DNA of 48,284 nucleotides from Bordetella parapertussis (lineage in GTDB: Bacteria; Pseudomonadota; Gammaproteobacteria; Burkholderiales; SG8-41): contig CAMBGJ010000001.1 in NCBI GenBank assembly GCA_945865805.1, positions 1 to 48,284 on the forward strand, given 5' to 3'. Each line of letters begins with the position of its first letter. The stretch's first letter is position 1. The notes under the pieces were generated by a model. That model did no database searches. It saw only the letters and a list, made by a program, of their open reading frames with translations, and was not told the origin of the DNA. Below, in pieces: positions 43,145 through 48,284 of this stretch. The position numbers were made by a program, and so were the translations under genes.

Positions 43145-44512
43145 CTACTTACCGCGTTCGAGCCAAGCGTTGACGGCCACCACATCGGCCTCGGTCAAGC
43201 GAGCGACCGCCGCCTTCAGGCGCAGCGTGGACATGATGTAGTTGTATTTCGCCTGCGCCAGATCGCGCCGTGCGGAGAAGATTTGTTGCTGCGCATTGAG
43301 CACATCGACCTGCGTGCGCACGCCGACTTCGCGTCCCAGCCGCGTGGAATCGAGTGCGCTTTGCGACGAGGTAAGCGCGGCTTCCAGTGCCTTGACCTGC
43401 GCCAAGCCACTGGTGACGCCGAGATAGTTTTGCCGCGCCTGCAATTCGGCGGTGCGGCGGGTGGTTTCGAGATCCTGGCGCGCTTTTTCTTCGTTGGCAA
43501 CGGCCTCGCGCACGCGCGAGTTGACCAGCCCGCCTTGATAAATCGGCACGTTCAGTTGCAGGCCGATGTTGCGGTTGTGGATGTCGGTGCCGGGGCCGCC
43601 CAGCGTGCCCACGCCCGAGGCATTGCGCGTATAGCCCGCGAAGGCGTCCAGCGTCGGGTAGTGTGCGCCGCGATTGCGCGCGATTTCCTGCTGCGCGAGC
43701 GTTAACCCGGATTCGGCGGCGCGCACTTGTGGATGGGTGCTGCGGGCTTCTTCCACCCATTTATCTAGCACCGCCGGTTCGGGCGCCACCAGTTGCAGCC
43801 GCGGGCTGAGCGGCGCGAGGGCGGGCGTATTTTTGTTGATCAATAATTCGAGTGCGCGCTGCTTCACCTCGCGATCGCTTTGCGCGACGATTTCCTGCGA
43901 CACCGCAAGATCAAAACGTGCCTGCGCTTCGTGGGTATCGGTGATGGTGGCAGTGCCCACCTGAAAACTGATTTTCGCCTGAGTCAGTTGCTCGGCGATG
44001 GCGGTTTTTTGCGCCCCGGCGAACGCCACGTTATCGCGCGCCAGCAACACATCCACATAGGCTTGCGCCACGCGGGTGATCAAATCCTGCGCGGCAAATG
44101 CCAACACCGCGTCGGCCTGATCGAGCTGCGTTTTGCCCTGTTGCACGGCGATGGTGTTTTGCCGCCGGTACAAGGGCTGTGACAGCGACAATGACAGCGC
44201 GTTGGAGTTGAATTGCGAGTGGGTGCCGGGGATGACGGGATCGCGAAAGCGTAGGTCGCGGTCGTTGTATTGCGTGGAGCCGGACAGCGACACCGTGGGC
44301 AACACGCCGCTGCGCGCCTGCGGCAGTTTTTCCTGCGCGGCGCTCCAGGTGGCGCGCGCTGAAGCATAGACCGCGTCGCCGGTTTGCGCCTGCTTGAACA
44401 CCTCCAGCAGGTCAGCGCCCAGCGCGGTCGGGCTGATGGTCATTGCCGCAGTACAGGCCCCGCACGCAAGCATCGCCGCCAGCGTGGGCTTCATGGCACG
44501 GCTTGGCGTCAC
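43145..44512 (-). CDS. tolC: TolC-family outer membrane channel
   Basis: 455 aa with a signal peptide and two tandem OEP repeats (LLEVFKQAQ..D..Y..A.......E...QARSGVLPT...). The start may instead be the second Met, at 44494. Confidence 0.85.
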   Translation of the reverse strand: MTPSRAMKPTLAAMLACGACTAAMTISPTALGADLLEVFKQAQTGDAVYASARATWSAAQEKLPQARSGVLPTVSLSGSTQYNDRDLRFRDPVIPGTHSQFNSNALSLSLSQPLYRRQNTIAVQQGKTQLDQADAVLAFAAQDLITRVAQAYVDVLLARDNVAFAGAQKTAIAEQLTQAKISFQVGTATITDTHEAQARFDLAVSQEIVAQSDREVKQRALELLINKNTPALAPLSPRLQLVAPEPAVLDKWVEEARSTHPQVRAAESGLTLAQQEIARNRGAHYPTLDAFAGYTRNASGVGTLGGPGTDIHNRNIGLQLNVPIYQGGLVNSRVREAVANEEKARQDLETTRRTAELQARQNYLGVTSGLAQVKALEAALTSSQSALDSTRLGREVGVRTQVDVLNAQQQIFSARRDLAQAKYNYIMSTLRLKAAVARLTEADVVAVNAWLERGK

Positions 44513-44515
44513 GAC

Positions 44516-45187
44516 TTAGAAAGTGAAGCGCGTACGCTGCGGCGCGTTGCGCAACGCCGGGACACAGGTTTCAAACAGGCTCGCTGTTCCGTACGCTCCC
44601 GCGCCAGCCCAAGTGATCAGCCGCGCATCCATCGCCGGTGCCTCGCCCACCACCACGAACAAGCGCCCGCCGGGGTTCAAGCTTTGCTGAAACGATTCGG
44701 CGAGCACGGGGGTAGAGCCGGTGAGGACGATCACATCGTAGGGGCCGTGTTTATCCCAACCACGCGCGGCGTCGCCGGTCTCGAGAGTCACGTTGGTGAT
44801 GCCGTGGCGTGCCAGCTGCGCACCGGCTGACCGGGTAAATTCTTCAATACAATCAATGCTATAGACATGGCCGCCTTGGCTCGCCAAGAGTGCGGTCAGG
44901 TAGCCGCTGCCGGTGCCGACTTCGAGGATGCGGTCGTTGGCGCCAACGCCCAACTCTTGCAGGATGCGCGCTTCGAGCTTGGGCGAGAGCATTTTTTCGC
45001 CGTGGCCGATGGGGATTTCGAGATCGGCGAAGGCGAGTTTCACATGGGCTTCGGGCACGTATTCTTCGCGTTTAACCACGTGCAGCAAATCGAGCACACG
45101 GGTGTCGAGCACCTCCCACGGGCGGATTTGCTGCTCCACCATGTTAAAGCGGGCGCGTTCACGCGTGATGTCAGTATCCATGCTCAT
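44516..45187 (-). CDS. protein-L-isoaspartate O-methyltransferase-family protein
   Basis: RFNMVEQQIR.W.VLD..VL.....V.RE.YVP........AF.D..IPIGHG..ML.P........L......DRILEVGTGSGY.TALLA. Start trimmed to the ATG at 45187 (or 45181). Confidence 0.8.
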   Translation of the reverse strand: MSMDTDITRERARFNMVEQQIRPWEVLDTRVLDLLHVVKREEYVPEAHVKLAFADLEIPIGHGEKMLSPKLEARILQELGVGANDRILEVGTGSGYLTALLASQGGHVYSIDCIEEFTRSAGAQLARHGITNVTLETGDAARGWDKHGPYDVIVLTGSTPVLAESFQQSLNPGGRLFVVVGEAPAMDARLITWAGAGAYGTASLFETCVPALRNAPQRTRFTF

Positions 45188-45304
45188 GACCCGTCGAATA
45201 AATACCCGTAACGCTTTAATAATTAACGGAAAATTGGAATCCGGAGAAATCCGGCCTGCGGGGGAATTCGCTTGCAATTATCCCACAAATCCTTTAGCGT
45301 AAGC

Positions 45305-45400
45305 GTACACGTTAGGGGTCCCCATGCCGGTGAAATGGGGTGAGAAAGACCCTCGGAACCTGATGCGGGTAATGCCGCCGTAGGGAAGCGTGGTGCGGTC
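45305..45400 (+). promoter_or_regulatory. TPP (THI-box) riboswitch controlling thiC
   Basis: aggggtcccc...ggggtGAGAaagACCCtcgGAACCTGATgcgGGTAATGCCgcCGTAGGGAAgc carries the conserved (C)UGAGA, ACCC, AACCUGAU and UAAUGCC...GUAGGGAA blocks. It lies about 55 nt upstream of the thiC ATG. Confidence 0.85.
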
Positions 45401-45443
45401 GCCCCAAGCGTTACCGCCCACTGCTCCCCAGCCGTTTTTTTAA

Positions 45444-47324
<1,881 letters not shown>

Positions 47325-47341
47325 CGCCTCGCCTCGCTATC

Positions 47342-47361
47342 GTAAGTATTTGTTTTAATTG
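47342..47361 (-). repeat. AT-rich box copy 11 (reverse orientation)
   Basis: Reverse complement is CAATTAAAACAAATACTTAC. It ends 11 nt upstream of the ATG at 47373. No Shine-Dalgarno sequence is present. Confidence 0.6.
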
Positions 47362-47372
47362 ATATTTTTTTA

Positions 47373-48269
47373 ATGCCCCGCAGCCAGCTTAACCTCGTTT
47401 TGCTGGCTGTTTTTTTGTGCGCGGTTCTCGCTGTCGGGTGTGGCGAGCGCGCGGCGTTTAAATCCACCGCCGCCGAAGCGCCCGCTGCCGAGAGCAGTGT
47501 GGCGATGGCACAACCCGCAGGTCGTGCCATGGCCGGTGCGCCACGGCAGCAGGGCGATGCCGCTCAGGCTCCGCCCGAAGGTGCGCAGCCCGCGCGTCAC
47601 ATCGCTTACACGCATCGGTACGCCATCGAAGCCGAACACGCGAAACTGCGCGCCGTGCTCGACGCCCATCTCGCACGTTGCCGGCAGCTCGATTGCGAAG
47701 TCGTCAACCAGAGTTACGAAGAAGAAAACGATAACCAGCCGCCGCGCGCGGCAATGTCGGTTCGCGTGGCGCACAAAGACACCGCAAAATTTACCGATGC
47801 GTTAAAAAGTGGCGACAGCCGCGTGCTGCGTCAATCCACCGCCGCCGAAGACAAAACGTTGCAAGTCGTCGACATCGAAGCGCGTATCACCAATCTGCAA
47901 CAACTGCGCGAACGCTACCGCAAGCTGCTGGCCGACCCCAAGGCCGGTGTCAAAGAGGCGGTCGAAATCGAACGCGCGCTGGCGCAAGCCCAGGGCGAAC
48001 TCGACAGTTTCACCGCGCAACGCCGCGTACTGGCGCAACAAACCGAACGCGAACTGTTCGAGATCGGCTATCAGGCGCGCCGCAGCGCCATCGAGCGCAG
48101 CTTTTTCGAGCCGGTGAAAGAGGCGTTACTGTCGTTCGGCAACGTGTTGATGCAAAGCGTGGGGGCGTTGATTACGTTCGTGGCGGCGAGCCTGGTGTGG
48201 ATCGCGCTGTTGGTGGTGTTGGCGTGGGGCATACGCCGCTGGTTGCAGCGGCGGAAAAAGGGTTCGTAA
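47373..48269 (+). CDS. DUF4349-like lipoprotein with a C-terminal membrane anchor
   Basis: Lipobox LAVGC, a central coiled coil (IEARITNLQQLRERYRKLL...ALAQAQGELDSF) and a C-terminal TM helix (ALITFVAASLVWIALLVVLAWGI). Confidence 0.75.
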   Translation: MPRSQLNLVLLAVFLCAVLAVGCGERAAFKSTAAEAPAAESSVAMAQPAGRAMAGAPRQQGDAAQAPPEGAQPARHIAYTHRYAIEAEHAKLRAVLDAHLARCRQLDCEVVNQSYEEENDNQPPRAAMSVRVAHKDTAKFTDALKSGDSRVLRQSTAAEDKTLQVVDIEARITNLQQLRERYRKLLADPKAGVKEAVEIERALAQAQGELDSFTAQRRVLAQQTERELFEIGYQARRSAIERSFFEPVKEALLSFGNVLMQSVGALITFVAASLVWIALLVVLAWGIRRWLQRRKKGS

Positions 48270-48284
48270 AAACTTGATAATTTT

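Overview
This is a 48.3 kb high-GC chromosomal segment of betaproteobacterial (Burkholderiales-like) character. I call about 45 protein genes and one TPP riboswitch, and I saw no rRNA, tRNA, CRISPR array or intact mobile element. Conserved housekeeping blocks are moeB-ctpA-envC-gpmI / rhodanese-grxC-secB-SH3-gpsA, dapE, ppk1-yggX, argA, and tolC-pcm / thiC. Between them lie accessory metabolic modules. These hold six orphan Bug/TctC-type periplasmic binding proteins. They also hold a uronate dehydrogenase plus lactonase group, and an acyl-CoA dehydrogenase / ADP-forming acyl-CoA synthetase / MmgE-PrpD group. Three visibly AT-rich islands stand out: the left edge, a TIR-remnant gene near 10.1-11.0 kb, and a zinc-ribbon membrane gene at 22.6-23.4 kb. 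No classical DNA-binding transcription factor is visible in the window. The main points for follow-up are listed here. (1) grxC is intact except for a TGA exactly at the first Cys of the CPYC active site. A perfect 8-bp hairpin built partly from rare codons follows 9 nt later, so it may be a selenocysteine glutaredoxin. (2) An AT-rich box of about 20 nt (consensus near CAATTAAAAACAAATACTTAC, IHF-like core) recurs at least 11 times in both orientations. It often overlaps start codons, in different reading frames. (3) A Hanks-type Ser/Thr kinase has an extracytoplasmic pair of canonical EF-hands and sits next to an uncharacterised membrane zinc-ribbon protein. (4) At least two families of long intergenic palindromes occur. 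One of them is translated into the N-terminus of EnvC and another supplies a stop codon. Everything here comes from reading the sequence and the ORF translations; no database search was run.
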